A DNA stretch of 64,000 nucleotides, taken from assembly GCA_947085205.1 (NCBI GenBank), contig CAMTVO010000014.1, positions 58,835 through 122,834 on the forward strand. Direction: 5' to 3'. Position 1 is the stretch's first letter. Each line of letters starts with the position of its first letter. Positions 1-9,564 of this stretch are shown piece after piece. The translations under genes were made by a program, and so were the position numbers. Below the pieces are notes generated by a model, which saw only the letters and a program-made list of their open reading frames with translations, was not told the origin of the DNA and made no database searches. The stretch is from an uncultured Nitrospiraceae bacterium. GTDB taxonomy: Bacteria > Nitrospirota > Thermodesulfovibrionia > Thermodesulfovibrionales > Dissulfurispiraceae.

Positions 1-1000
1 CGGATAAACCAAGCAAGATGAGTTCCGAATTTCCCGCCATCACGTTTGTTGCAATATTAGCCTGAGTAAAGACACCTCCCTGTTTTTTTGTCTCAACTCC
101 ATATCTATCGCTTGCAGAAACGACCTCCTGCTCTATGGTCAGCAAAAGAGCCGAAAGCTTCTCGCTAACTTCTTTATTTATAGCTTCAAAGCGGTTTTTG
201 GTTTCTTCATTCGCCTGTCCTAAGATGGCTGTCTGGAGTTTGGTAAGCTCTTCTATTTTCTCTCCAAGCGTCTTGACATCAGAGTAAATAGTCTTGGAGT
301 CTTTTGAATATTCGTTCTGGAGCGCCTTATTTATGGCAGAGTTAATCTTGCCTCTGGCAATGATTACTGTCTTTTTGTCCTGAGCCTTCTGTATCTCAAA
401 GACAGCAAGCTGGAGGTCTTTCAGTGTTGCCTTCAACAGTTCTATATTCCTGAGTTTCGATGAAATACCCTTTGTATCCTCCAGAGATGTCACAAAGGCT
501 GCCGAACGATTGAGCTGAAGCCCCTTTATCTTTGTATCCAGTTCCTTCAATCTGTTCGATGCTTCCTTCAACTTCTTTGTAATTGTTTTGTTTGCTGTGC
601 CGGCATCTTCTTCTGCATTGAGTCTTCCCTCTGTTATATCAAAAAGTTCCTTTGCTATACGGCTTAATTCATTGTGGGTCTCCATCTTTGCGCCTCCGGA
701 CAGGGCTTCCAATGCGTCCTGAATGCTTTTAACCTCTGACAGAGATTTTTCCGCTTCGGTGCGGTAGGTCTTATATTCCTCCACATTTGTAGAAGCGCTC
801 ACATTGACAAGGTCGGCAGTAGTGCCCTGAATGGTTCTCTGAAATTCAACCGTCCTCAGCTGAAACGGAGTGCTCCGCTCTGTAAGATAAAAAAGCTTGC
901 TCTTTACAAATCCCATGCCTATCACGCTCGTTGCAGCAACAGCGCCGATTATTATAAGCACTGCTATTACGTTCCATGTAAGTTTAGTCTTAATTGTCAT
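1..1000 (-). CDS. Probable methyl-accepting chemotaxis protein, N-terminal part (runs off the window)
   Basis: Own translation from ATG at 1000: MTIKTKLTWNVIAVLIIIGAVAATSVIGMGFVKSKL..., open to base 2; typical MCP TM1 followed by a long helical periplasmic domain; next to che operon. Signalling domain is outside the window. Confidence 0.7.
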   Translation of the reverse strand, partial: MTIKTKLTWNVIAVLIIIGAVAATSVIGMGFVKSKLFYLTERSTPFQLRTVEFQRTIQGTTADLVNVSASTNVEEYKTYRTEAEKSLSEVKSIQDALEALSGGAKMETHNELSRIAKELFDITEGRLNAEEDAGTANKTITKKLKEASNRLKELDTKIKGLQLNRSAAFVTSLEDTKGISSKLRNIELLKATLKDLQLAVFEIQKAQDKKTVIIARGKINSAINKALQNEYSKDSKTIYSDVKTLGEKIEELTKLQTAILGQANEETKNRFEAINKEVSEKLSALLLTIEQEVVSASDRYGVETKKQGGVFTQANIATNVMAGNSELILLGLS

Positions 1001-1083
1001 AAACGTCCCCCTCGCTTCTATCTAATTGCCTGGAAGTGCAGGAATATCCTGCACTTCCTAAGTTTATGTCCAAACAGCCTTTG

Positions 1084-1845
1084 CTATTTTATATGCTTCT
1101 GTCCTTCGCCCTTGATAAAGTCTATGAGCTTCTGTACATTTGGAGATGGTTTGCCTTTAGTAACAAGGATTATTGGTCTTGCCACTTCAGGGGTCTCAGG
1201 AGACTTTATAGTAGCATCCACTACCGCTGCCGGACCAATCCCCACTGCTTCAGGATTTGATGTAATATTCTGCCTTACGTCTTCTGCAGTGGTTGCTTCA
1301 AGAACATCCTTTGTCTGGGATTCTCCATCAAGCATGTTTTTTATAAATAAACTGTTAGTACCGGGAATAAGCTTACCCCACACCACTATTATAGGCATGT
1401 CTTTGCCGCCCACATCTTTCCAGTTGGCTATTTTGCCGGTGAATATACCTTTTAACTGCTCCTTTGAAAGCTTTGAGACAGGGTTATCTTTATGCACGAG
1501 TACAATAATCTTATCTTTTCCAATGGTTACCTGCTGAAGTGATGCAGGGTCCTTAACCTCTGCCCCCTCTTTTTTCATAAGATTCATCCAGTCATCAAAG
1601 GTAAGACCTGCTGCTGCTGCATCAACAGCGCCTTTTTCCAAATCCATTAAGGCAATCTTAGGCCCTGAAGCAATAATGGTAAGCCTTACCCCTATAGCCC
1701 TCTCAAATGGCTCCTTTATAGGCTTTAACACATTCTCTGTCGGTGCGGCCCCTGCCCCAATCTTTACCTCGTCTGCAAAGACGGCGAGGCTAAAGGTCAA
1801 CAGAAAAACAAATGCAACTGCTAAAATCAGTCTAAATCTCTTCAT
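1084..1845 (-). CDS. PstS-like periplasmic substrate-binding protein
   Basis: Signal peptide ending AVFA; IIVLVHKDNPVSKLSKEQLKGIFTGKIANWKDVGGKD is typical of PstS/PBP_like_2. Confidence 0.8.
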   Translation of the reverse strand: MKRFRLILAVAFVFLLTFSLAVFADEVKIGAGAAPTENVLKPIKEPFERAIGVRLTIIASGPKIALMDLEKGAVDAAAAGLTFDDWMNLMKKEGAEVKDPASLQQVTIGKDKIIVLVHKDNPVSKLSKEQLKGIFTGKIANWKDVGGKDMPIIVVWGKLIPGTNSLFIKNMLDGESQTKDVLEATTAEDVRQNITSNPEAVGIGPAAVVDATIKSPETPEVARPIILVTKGKPSPNVQKLIDFIKGEGQKHIK

Positions 1846-1891
1846 CTTGTCCTCCAGATAAAAAAATTGTATCCACCATAAGGTGGATTTG

Positions 1892-2164
1892 TTATCTACG
1901 CTTCCGTTTTACTTGTGCAGTATGAACTTCTGTATTGTTCCTATGGGCAATAAGTTCCTCATGAATCATGTCTGTCTTCTGCTTTAGCCCAGATATATCC
2001 TTTTTCATATCCTGCTGCTGGTCAATTACAAAACCAATGTTCTTCTGAAATTCTTCCAAAAGAATCCCGGTGTGTCTCCTGAATTCTTCTTTTATCTCCT
2101 TAAATTCTTCCTTTACCTCTTGGTTAAATTCTTCAAAGTCCTTTTTCGTAACATAATCATCCAT
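1892..2164 (-). CDS. Small coiled-coil hypothetical protein
   Basis: Charged heptad-rich ORF immediately after cheW-cheZ; start moved to the ATG at 2164. Confidence 0.6.
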   Translation of the reverse strand: MDDYVTKKDFEEFNQEVKEEFKEIKEEFRRHTGILLEEFQKNIGFVIDQQQDMKKDISGLKQKTDMIHEELIAHRNNTEVHTAQVKRKRR

Positions 2165-2180
2165 AAAAATCATCCCCTTT

Positions 2181-3356
2181 TTAGAATCCGAAGTCCTTCA
2201 GAAGGTCATCCACATCTGCCTGTGAGACCTCTTCAGGAGTTACTTCTGCCTTTAGTCCATGTTCTATCTTTACACCAAAGGTTGCTATCAGTTTTACAAG
2301 CTCCTCCTCTATGTCGCCTACAAGCTTAATCACCTTCTTTATTGTCTGGCCCGTAATGTCCTGAAAGGACTGCGCGGTAAGTATCTCTGTAAAGTCGTCT
2401 TCAAGCCTGTTCTTGAAATTCTTTAAATATGCAACCGATTCTTCCGGTTCTTTCAGGTTTCTTATGTGTGTGGCAAGGTCGTCCATGCCGATTATATATT
2501 TTTCTACAATACCCATAGTCTTGTTTGCTGCATCTTCTGTCTTTTCTATAACAAACTGGAGTTTGTCAACAGCATTGGGCATATCTGTTACTGCCATATC
2601 CTTAAGTCGAGGGTCTATGGCCTCCTTAAAGCTCTTTATAGCGTCGTGAAGCTTCCTCGTAACCTTCCCGACCTCTTTAAAGAGGTCGCTCTGGCCTTTA
2701 TTCATTATGTTCTGGATAGTGCTGTCCGCCTTTTCGTAATCCTGCGTTGCAATGGCATTCATAAAACTGATCATATCGTCAAAAAGGGCGTATCTCGGAT
2801 CATTAGCGCTTATACCCCTTTTCTCAAAAAAGTCCTTTGCATCCATTACTTCTTTAACAACCATCTCTCCGCCCATTCCTTCTATCTTCTTTACCACCTC
2901 AACCTTATCCCCGATTTCCTTTACCTCAAAGACCTCGTCTTCAAAGATACTCATGTCCTCCACAGGAATAAGCTTCCTTGTGTCTAAAAGCACTACAAGC
3001 TTATCGCCAACCTTTGCGACGCCTGAGACAATATCGGATGCATTAAAGTCGGTAGGAGGCTCTATCTCCGACTCCTCTATCGTAATAACTCCTGTTATAC
3101 TGTCAACCAGAACTCCAAAGGTAATACGGCCGCTGGTGACAACGATTACCTTTTCTCCGACTGTTCCGCCATTTAAACCCGCGAGCCTCTTAAGATCCAC
3201 CACAGGTATTATTCTCCCCCTGAGATTTGCAATTCCCTCGATATAACCCGGCGACTGAGGCAGTTTCGTAAGAGACGGAAAATTTATAATCTCCTGAACC
3301 TTCAGAATCGGTATTGTGTATTCATTGTTATTCATTGTAAAGCCTATATACTGCAT
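2181..3356 (-). CDS. CheW-CheZ fusion protein
   Basis: N-terminal CheW (GIANLRGRIIPVVDL, FGVLVDSITGV); C-terminal CheZ (EVGKVTRKLHDA, TEDAANKTM, AQSFQDITGQ, terminal SQADVDDLLKDFGF). Confidence 0.9.
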   Translation of the reverse strand: MQYIGFTMNNNEYTIPILKVQEIINFPSLTKLPQSPGYIEGIANLRGRIIPVVDLKRLAGLNGGTVGEKVIVVTSGRITFGVLVDSITGVITIEESEIEPPTDFNASDIVSGVAKVGDKLVVLLDTRKLIPVEDMSIFEDEVFEVKEIGDKVEVVKKIEGMGGEMVVKEVMDAKDFFEKRGISANDPRYALFDDMISFMNAIATQDYEKADSTIQNIMNKGQSDLFKEVGKVTRKLHDAIKSFKEAIDPRLKDMAVTDMPNAVDKLQFVIEKTEDAANKTMGIVEKYIIGMDDLATHIRNLKEPEESVAYLKNFKNRLEDDFTEILTAQSFQDITGQTIKKVIKLVGDIEEELVKLIATFGVKIEHGLKAEVTPEEVSQADVDDLLKDFGF

Positions 3357-3379
3357 ATATACCCTCCGTAAACGTAAAA

Positions 3380-5125
3380 TTATTTACTGCTCGTTTTAAA
3401 TATGCTCCTCGAAACAACCGCAAGGTCAAGGATTAACACAACCTTTCCATCGCCTGTAATAGTAGCTCCAAGAATGCCGCAGGCTTCGGACTCTATACCG
3501 TTAATTGTCTTAATGACTACCTCCTCCTGACCTAACAACTCATCCACAGAAATGCAGAACCTCCTGTCTCCAACAGTGGCGACAAGGACATAATTGTTGT
3601 CATGTTCAACTTCAGACCTTCTTCTTACTCCTAAGACCTCTGACATCTCAAACAGTGGCAATACCCTGCCCCTTATGGTCAGCACCTTCTGCCCTGTTAC
3701 ATCCTTGATGTCGCTCTTTTTGACCCTGAGCGTCTCTTCTATCATTGACTGCGGTATTGCATAAAACTCGTCTCCGATTCTCACCATCATTGCCTGAAGT
3801 ATTGCGAGCGTCAGAGGCAGGCTTATTCTGAATGTGCTTCCGACATCCCTTTTGGTCATTACTTCGACATATCCGTTCAGCTTTGCCACATTTGTTTTTA
3901 CCACGTCCATTCCGACTCCGCGGCCGCTCAGTTCTGTAGAGACCTCTTTTGTAGAAAAGCCGGGCAGGAATATGAGATTGATTGCAGCATCGTCCGGCAT
4001 CCTCTGCGCTTCATCTTCGGATATGAGGCCCTTTCCAATAGCCTTTCTCTTTACGGCCTCGACATCGATGCCTTTGCCGTCGTCGGATACCTCTATGACA
4101 ATCTGGGTTCCCTTCTGATAGGCGCTTAAGATTATTCTCCCCTTCTTGGGCTTGCCTTTCATTTCCCGATCTTCCGCATACTCGATTGCGTGGTCTATGG
4201 AGTTTCTTATGATATGCACAAGCGGATCGCCGATATTCTCTATCACCGTCTTATCCACTTCGGTATCCTCTCCGAACATTTCAAGATCTATATCCTTGCC
4301 GAGATTTCTCGACATGTCTCTTACCATTCTGGGGAACTTGCCGAAGACCTTCTGGATGGGCTGCATCCTCATCTTCATTACGGCAAGCTGAAGATCTGAC
4401 GTCATCCTGTCCAGAAAACCGGTGGTCTCAAGGAGACTTTCCACCTGCGGGTCCCCGGAATAGTTAAGTTCGAGTTTCGCGGCAAGGTTCAAGAGCCTGT
4501 TTCTGACAAGGACTATTTCCCCGGCCAGGTCCATTACCTTATCTATCCTCGATACGTCAACCCTCAGCGTTGAGACTACTTCCTTCTCCTTTGTTATCTG
4601 CTGCACCTGCTCTTCTGCCGCAGGCTGTGGCTGAGGTTTGGGTTTAGGCTCAGGTTTCGGTGGCGGCATAATCTCGACACGGGGTTCGGGTTTAGGTTCA
4701 ATCTTTATTTCAACCTTCTCAGGCGCCCCTCCTGCTAATGCCGTCTCCTGCGCAGAATCAAGCTCCCTTAAAAGGTCCGATGTATCTTCTTCTATGCCGT
4801 CTTTCAGCTTTATATGAAATATCAGAAGCCTCAGTGTATCCACGCTCTTGAGTATTACATCCATCAATTCCCTCGAAAGCGCTATCTCGCCGTCGCGCAG
4901 CCTCTTCATTATGCTCTCTGCCCTGTGGGCAACATCAACTATCAGCTGAAAACCAAGGAAACCGGCTGCACCTTTAAGGGTATGCATTCCGCGGAATATC
5001 TCATTGAGGATATCTTTGTCATATCCTTTGGTCTCCAACTCCACAAACATGGGGTCGATCTTTTCCAGAGTCTCTTCAGCCTCTGTAACAAATTCGCTTA
5101 TAATCTCATCCATCTCATCAGCCAT
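3380..5125 (-). CDS. cheA: Chemotaxis histidine kinase CheA
   Basis: HPt (FRGMHTLKG), dimerisation domain, HATPase (HIIRNSIDH, SGRGVGMDVV), C-terminal CheW-like domain; no evident P2 domain. Confidence 0.97.
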   Translation of the reverse strand: MADEMDEIISEFVTEAEETLEKIDPMFVELETKGYDKDILNEIFRGMHTLKGAAGFLGFQLIVDVAHRAESIMKRLRDGEIALSRELMDVILKSVDTLRLLIFHIKLKDGIEEDTSDLLRELDSAQETALAGGAPEKVEIKIEPKPEPRVEIMPPPKPEPKPKPQPQPAAEEQVQQITKEKEVVSTLRVDVSRIDKVMDLAGEIVLVRNRLLNLAAKLELNYSGDPQVESLLETTGFLDRMTSDLQLAVMKMRMQPIQKVFGKFPRMVRDMSRNLGKDIDLEMFGEDTEVDKTVIENIGDPLVHIIRNSIDHAIEYAEDREMKGKPKKGRIILSAYQKGTQIVIEVSDDGKGIDVEAVKRKAIGKGLISEDEAQRMPDDAAINLIFLPGFSTKEVSTELSGRGVGMDVVKTNVAKLNGYVEVMTKRDVGSTFRISLPLTLAILQAMMVRIGDEFYAIPQSMIEETLRVKKSDIKDVTGQKVLTIRGRVLPLFEMSEVLGVRRRSEVEHDNNYVLVATVGDRRFCISVDELLGQEEVVIKTINGIESEACGILGATITGDGKVVLILDLAVVSRSIFKTSSK

Positions 5126-5127
5126 TT

Positions 5128-5535
5128 TTATCCCCCTGCCTTCAAAGATGTTTTCTTGTCCGCTATCTTTTCGAGTTTCTCTTTCAGCACCTCGGCTGTA
5201 AACGGCTTGACGATATAATTATCAACGCCTGCCTTAATCGCTTCAATAACCTTCTCCTTCTCAGCCTCGGCAGTTACCATGAGAAACGGTATATCCTTCA
5301 ACGGTTCAGCCTCCTGCCTGATAGTTCTGAGGAGGTCTATACCCTCCATATTAGGCATGTTCCAGTCAGATACAACAAGCCCGTAATTTCCGCTCCTAAG
5401 CTTGTTAAGCGCCTGTGTGCCATCCTCTGCCTCATCTATATTTTCAAAACCTATCTGTTTTAATAGGTTTTTGATTATCCTTCTCATAGTCGGGAAGTCG
5501 TCAACCACAAGCACCTTGATGCCAAAATTAAACAT
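5128..5535 (-). CDS. cheY: Chemotaxis response regulator CheY
   Basis: [36 protein letters not shown] at 5535 after GGAGG. Confidence 0.93.
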   Translation of the reverse strand: MFNFGIKVLVVDDFPTMRRIIKNLLKQIGFENIDEAEDGTQALNKLRSGNYGLVVSDWNMPNMEGIDLLRTIRQEAEPLKDIPFLMVTAEAEKEKVIEAIKAGVDNYIVKPFTAEVLKEKLEKIADKKTSLKAGG

Positions 5536-5920
5536 TACCCTCACCTCCAGAGCTAAATATCTTTTTAAGAATCTTTTTTATGCTGTCATTTATCTGGTCT
5601 GCGTTCGTAGGTTTGACTAAATAATCATCGGCGCCTGCCTCAAACGCCCTTTTTTTCTCATCCTCATCCGCCTCGGTAGTAACCATAACAATAGGAATGC
5701 TGCTTAGAATCGGGTCTGATTTCAAGTTTTTTGTAAACTCTATGCCGTCCATATAAGGCATATTCATATCGGTAAGAATAAAATTGATATTCTCTGTTCC
5801 GACTTTTTCCATTGCATCAAGTCCGTTTTCTGCTGTTACCACCTCGTATCCCTTCCCCTTGAGATATAAACTTAGCAGCTTTCTTGTAGTTTTGTCATCG
5901 TCAACAACCAATATCTTCAT
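5528..5920 (-). CDS. Single-domain response regulator (CheY-like)
   Basis: ILVVDDD, TDMNMP, YLVKP receiver motifs. Confidence 0.9.
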   Translation of the reverse strand: MKILVVDDDKTTRKLLSLYLKGKGYEVVTAENGLDAMEKVGTENINFILTDMNMPYMDGIEFTKNLKSDPILSSIPIVMVTTEADEDEKKRAFEAGADDYLVKPTNADQINDSIKKILKKIFSSGGEGNV

Positions 5921-5939
5921 CTATAACCTCCTGAGACCT

Positions 5940-6770
5940 TTATACCTTCTGATAGACAATAACTTTATTAATAACAACAGGTCTGAAAGCCCTCGTCACA
6001 TTGTGAAGACTCTCAGACGTACCCACAAACAAATAACCGTTAGGCCTTAATGCATCGTATAAGTTGGAAACAGCCTTCTGTTTTGCCTTATCATCAAAGT
6101 ATATGAGAACATTCCTGCAGAATATTACATCGGCTCCGCGCATTGTCCTGACATCTTTATCATCGATGAGGTTAATCCTCATAAATTTGGTTATGGATTT
6201 TACGCTATGTGATATGGAATACTGCTGATTGGCATTAGTGAAATATTTTTTTAAATATGCATCCGGGATATTTCTGATCGCATAAGAACCATAGACGCCT
6301 GACTTTGCAGAGCTCAAAACAGATTCGCTTATATCCGAGGCATATATCTCTTTTCTAATCATGGTAGCTTCAGGCTTCTCAAGGAGTATCATTGCAATCG
6401 TATAAGCCTCTTCTCCTGTTGAAGCAGCTGCAGACCATATCTTTATGTCTTTGCGGCCTGCTTTGGCATTTTCAGCTAACATACGGTTAAAGATCTCTCC
6501 TCCAAAAACATCGAACTGCTGCGGCTCCCTGAAAAAAAAGGTCTCATTTGTGGTAACTAAATTAAACAATATGTCCTGTTCATTCTTATCCGCGCTGTAT
6601 TTCAGGATGTAAAGGTAATCCTCGTATCCTTTCAGGTTCTTTTCCTGAACTCTTCTTCCGAGCCTGTTTTCCAGAAAATATTTCTTGTTGTCCGGAATGA
6701 AGATGCCGCTCCTCTCGTATATAAAATCCCTCAGTTGTTTGAAAATATCGTCTGTCATCAATAAACTCAT
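5940..6770 (-). CDS. cheR: Chemotaxis methyltransferase CheR
   Basis: TTNETFFFRE, IWSAAASTGEEAY, IFCRNVLIYF. Confidence 0.96.
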   Translation of the reverse strand: MSLLMTDDIFKQLRDFIYERSGIFIPDNKKYFLENRLGRRVQEKNLKGYEDYLYILKYSADKNEQDILFNLVTTNETFFFREPQQFDVFGGEIFNRMLAENAKAGRKDIKIWSAAASTGEEAYTIAMILLEKPEATMIRKEIYASDISESVLSSAKSGVYGSYAIRNIPDAYLKKYFTNANQQYSISHSVKSITKFMRINLIDDKDVRTMRGADVIFCRNVLIYFDDKAKQKAVSNLYDALRPNGYLFVGTSESLHNVTRAFRPVVINKVIVYQKV

Positions 6771-8614
6771 AGAGAGTTTAATGCCTCCTTTATCTTATCT
6801 CTCACATCAGCATTCGGATGCTCCTCGTGAGCAGCCAATGCCTCATATGCGGCACTTCCGCCTATCTCCTTGATAGCATCTATTGCGGACATGACAACAG
6901 GGATAAATTCGTCGTGCAGCATCGTGCTTATCATGCTTATGGCCTTTTCCCTTTCGCAGGAAAACGCTATCGCCTTAATGGTATAAAACCTTACCCATGG
7001 GTCGTCATCCTGAAGCGCATTGAAAAGCTCCGCTGAGCAGTATCTCGCTTCTCCGAGTCCTACGACAGAGGCCTTTCTTATATCGGCGTCTGCGTCTCCT
7101 AAAAACCAGATAAGCCTCGATACCGCTTTGTCCGTGCCGAGCCGGCCAAGGCCGTATATTGCGGCAATCTTCACCTTTTTATTCGGGTCGTCGGCAAGGC
7201 TTAGAAGAATATCCACATCAAACACGGTCTTTGCTATCACTTCCCTTACTGTATCGCGATACCTCGAAATATTCGACAGAAATGCTCCGGCGTCTATCTT
7301 TATCAGGGCCTCAACAATCTTTTCAATAACATCGTAATATTTCTCGACCTCCAATAAATCCATCAGCGGCTTAAATGCATCCTGCGACTGTATGTTTCCG
7401 AGAGCCTCTATGGCAGAGCGTCTGACATGGGCATCCACATCCTTTACTGAAATCTCAAGCAGATACTCTGTAGGTGCTGGCTCTCTTATTTCCCCGAGGG
7501 CTTCTGCAGACGCCCTCCGGAGGTCCCTGCTGATGTCTGTCAGATAGTTGAGCAATCTCGATACGGCCTTTTTGCTCCTTGTAGTTCCGAGTATTTCTAT
7601 GGCGAATGATTTTCCCCTGTATTTCATGTCGGGAGACTCCAGAAGCTTCAGCAGCTCTTCTTCAGAATCCATAGCGCTTACAGCGTCCATTAACAAGGTT
7701 ATTCTTTCTTCGCTTTCGGGCAATGATGGATCAAGAGAGCCGGCAATATCAACTATCACAGGAACTGCCTCTCTGCAATTGAAGGAAACAATGCCCTTCA
7801 ATGCTATTTCCTTTTCCTCCCAATCACCCTCTTTGAGCATCTTTATGAGGTGTCCTGACAAATCAGCCATTTCAGGGGTAATTCCTATCTGAATCAGGCT
7901 TTTTATGGCTGCATTTCCTTCATCTTCCGATGCCTTCGGCAAATATGACAGAAGCGCATCCACAGCCTTTTCAGAGCCGAGTTTTCCAAGTGTTTCGATA
8001 GCAGCGAAACGGACTGCTTCAGATGAATTAGAAAGCAGGGATGCTATATCGCTTACAGCCTCCTCAGCCTTTAACTCTCCGAGTGCATCCAGGGCAGAAA
8101 AACACACCCACTCTTCATCTTTAAGGGCCTTTATTAATTCTGGAATAGCCTCCCTGTACCCCAATAAGCCAAGGCTTTTTGCAGCAGTAGCCCTTACATT
8201 TGCATTCGGGTCTTTAAGAAAAGGTACAATTTTAGAGGGCTCAACTCCTTTCTTTATATCCCCCATAAGGTCAATAGCAAACTTCCTTACATCATCATCC
8301 TTGTCCTCTAATAATGGATAAAGAAGGGGAATCACAATTTCTCCCAGCGCCGTAAGAATAATCAAAGCAGTATTTCTGAGATAGGAGTTTTCCCTCAATA
8401 ACGGCAATACCATGTAACCGACAACCTCTCCGCCTATGGTAATGAGAGAGCGCATAGAAGCGTCCTGAACGCCTGCATTTTCATCGCTCAGCGCCTTAAT
8501 AAGCGGGAATATCGCCCGCTCGTCACCTTCCGATAACTCTTCCGCTGCCCTCCTTCTGAGAGAAGGATCTTTATCGCTGAGTCTCTGAATCAGCTTTTTA
8601 ATATTCTTGACCAT
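6767..8614 (-). CDS. HEAT/PBS-lyase repeat protein
   Basis: Many VRxxAxxALG repeats; first gene of the che operon. Confidence 0.9.
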   Translation of the reverse strand: MVKNIKKLIQRLSDKDPSLRRRAAEELSEGDERAIFPLIKALSDENAGVQDASMRSLITIGGEVVGYMVLPLLRENSYLRNTALIILTALGEIVIPLLYPLLEDKDDDVRKFAIDLMGDIKKGVEPSKIVPFLKDPNANVRATAAKSLGLLGYREAIPELIKALKDEEWVCFSALDALGELKAEEAVSDIASLLSNSSEAVRFAAIETLGKLGSEKAVDALLSYLPKASEDEGNAAIKSLIQIGITPEMADLSGHLIKMLKEGDWEEKEIALKGIVSFNCREAVPVIVDIAGSLDPSLPESEERITLLMDAVSAMDSEEELLKLLESPDMKYRGKSFAIEILGTTRSKKAVSRLLNYLTDISRDLRRASAEALGEIREPAPTEYLLEISVKDVDAHVRRSAIEALGNIQSQDAFKPLMDLLEVEKYYDVIEKIVEALIKIDAGAFLSNISRYRDTVREVIAKTVFDVDILLSLADDPNKKVKIAAIYGLGRLGTDKAVSRLIWFLGDADADIRKASVVGLGEARYCSAELFNALQDDDPWVRFYTIKAIAFSCEREKAISMISTMLHDEFIPVVMSAIDAIKEIGGSAAYEALAAHEEHPNADVRDKIKEALNSL

Positions 8615-8661
8615 TTAATACCCCCTAAAGACAGTAGCAAGCAATGAAATAAAACTTAATT

Positions 8662-8690
8662 ATTATAATGCCTTGCTAAGACTAATTCAA
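8662..8690 (-). promoter_or_regulatory. Sigma70-type promoter of the chemotaxis operon
   Basis: Minus strand TTGAAT-N17-TATAAT, about 50 bp upstream of the HEAT gene start. Confidence 0.7.
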
Positions 8691-8723
8691 TGTAACATAC
8701 TTGTTAAACTTAACCGCACGTCC

Positions 8724-9479
8724 TTATGCGTTCCCATCCCTGAATTGCTCCATTTTATTTCTAAGTTTAATAAGGACCTTTCCATGCAGCTGACAAACCC
8801 TCGACTCGCTTATGTCCAGAATCTTTCCTATCTCCTTCATTGTGAGTTCTTCAAAATAATAAAGCGTTACCACAAGCCTTTCCTTCTCCGGGAGTCCATC
8901 TATGGCATTTCCAAGTGCAGACCTCAATTCCTTCAGGTTCAATTCATCCAGCATGTCCCTCTCGTCCTCCCTCGATATGCATTCAAGGATGTCGAGGGTT
9001 TCTCCGTCTTTGCCGACGCCTAAATCCTCGAGGCATATCATATTCATGGTGTTGACTGTAGAAAGGGTCTTATAAAGTTCATCAAGTGTTATATTCAGCT
9101 TCTCGGCAACCTCCTCATCAGTGGCTATCCTGTTAAGGCTTTTTTCGAGCTCTGAATAAGTATTCCTTACCTCTTCCAGCTTCTTCCTTGCATCCTTTGA
9201 TGCCCACTGCATGGAGCGAATCTCGTCAATTATTGCTCCCCTTATCCTGAAGTCCGCAAAGGTGCTGAGAGTAGCGTTCATAGAAGGGTCGTATCTTTCT
9301 ATTGCCTCTAAAAGCCCGACTATTCCGGCTGATACTAAATCTTCTATACTCAACTCAGGAGGCAGGTAGAACGCATATTTGCCTGCATAATACTTTATCC
9401 TCGGCAGGAACTGTTCGACTATCTTTTCTTTTTGCTTCTGGGATATTCTTTGTTTTCGGGCTAATTTCTTCATCAGCAT
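8724..9479 (-). CDS. fliA: Flagellar sigma factor FliA (sigma28)
   Basis: DLVSAGIVGLLEAIERYD, RIRGAIIDEIR, YYFEELTMKEIG, SESRVCQLH. Confidence 0.95.
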   Translation of the reverse strand: MLMKKLARKQRISQKQKEKIVEQFLPRIKYYAGKYAFYLPPELSIEDLVSAGIVGLLEAIERYDPSMNATLSTFADFRIRGAIIDEIRSMQWASKDARKKLEEVRNTYSELEKSLNRIATDEEVAEKLNITLDELYKTLSTVNTMNMICLEDLGVGKDGETLDILECISREDERDMLDELNLKELRSALGNAIDGLPEKERLVVTLYYFEELTMKEIGKILDISESRVCQLHGKVLIKLRNKMEQFRDGNA

Positions 9480-9495
9480 TATAGCGTTTTTACAA

Positions 9496-9524
9496 ATTCT
9501 AACATTTTATCTCTTTCAACTCAA
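9496..9524 (-). promoter_or_regulatory. Possible internal sigma70 promoter for fliA
   Basis: Minus strand TTGAGT-N17-TAGAAT with TGn extension. Confidence 0.35.
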
Positions 9525-9564
9525 CGCTATAACTCTATAACGCTATAACGCCTCACGCTGTGCA

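Noticed and set aside
1861..1888. ATCCACC-ataa-GGTGGAT hairpin as terminator after the che operon
   Set aside because: Short stem and the T-tract is offset by 4 nt; too weak to call
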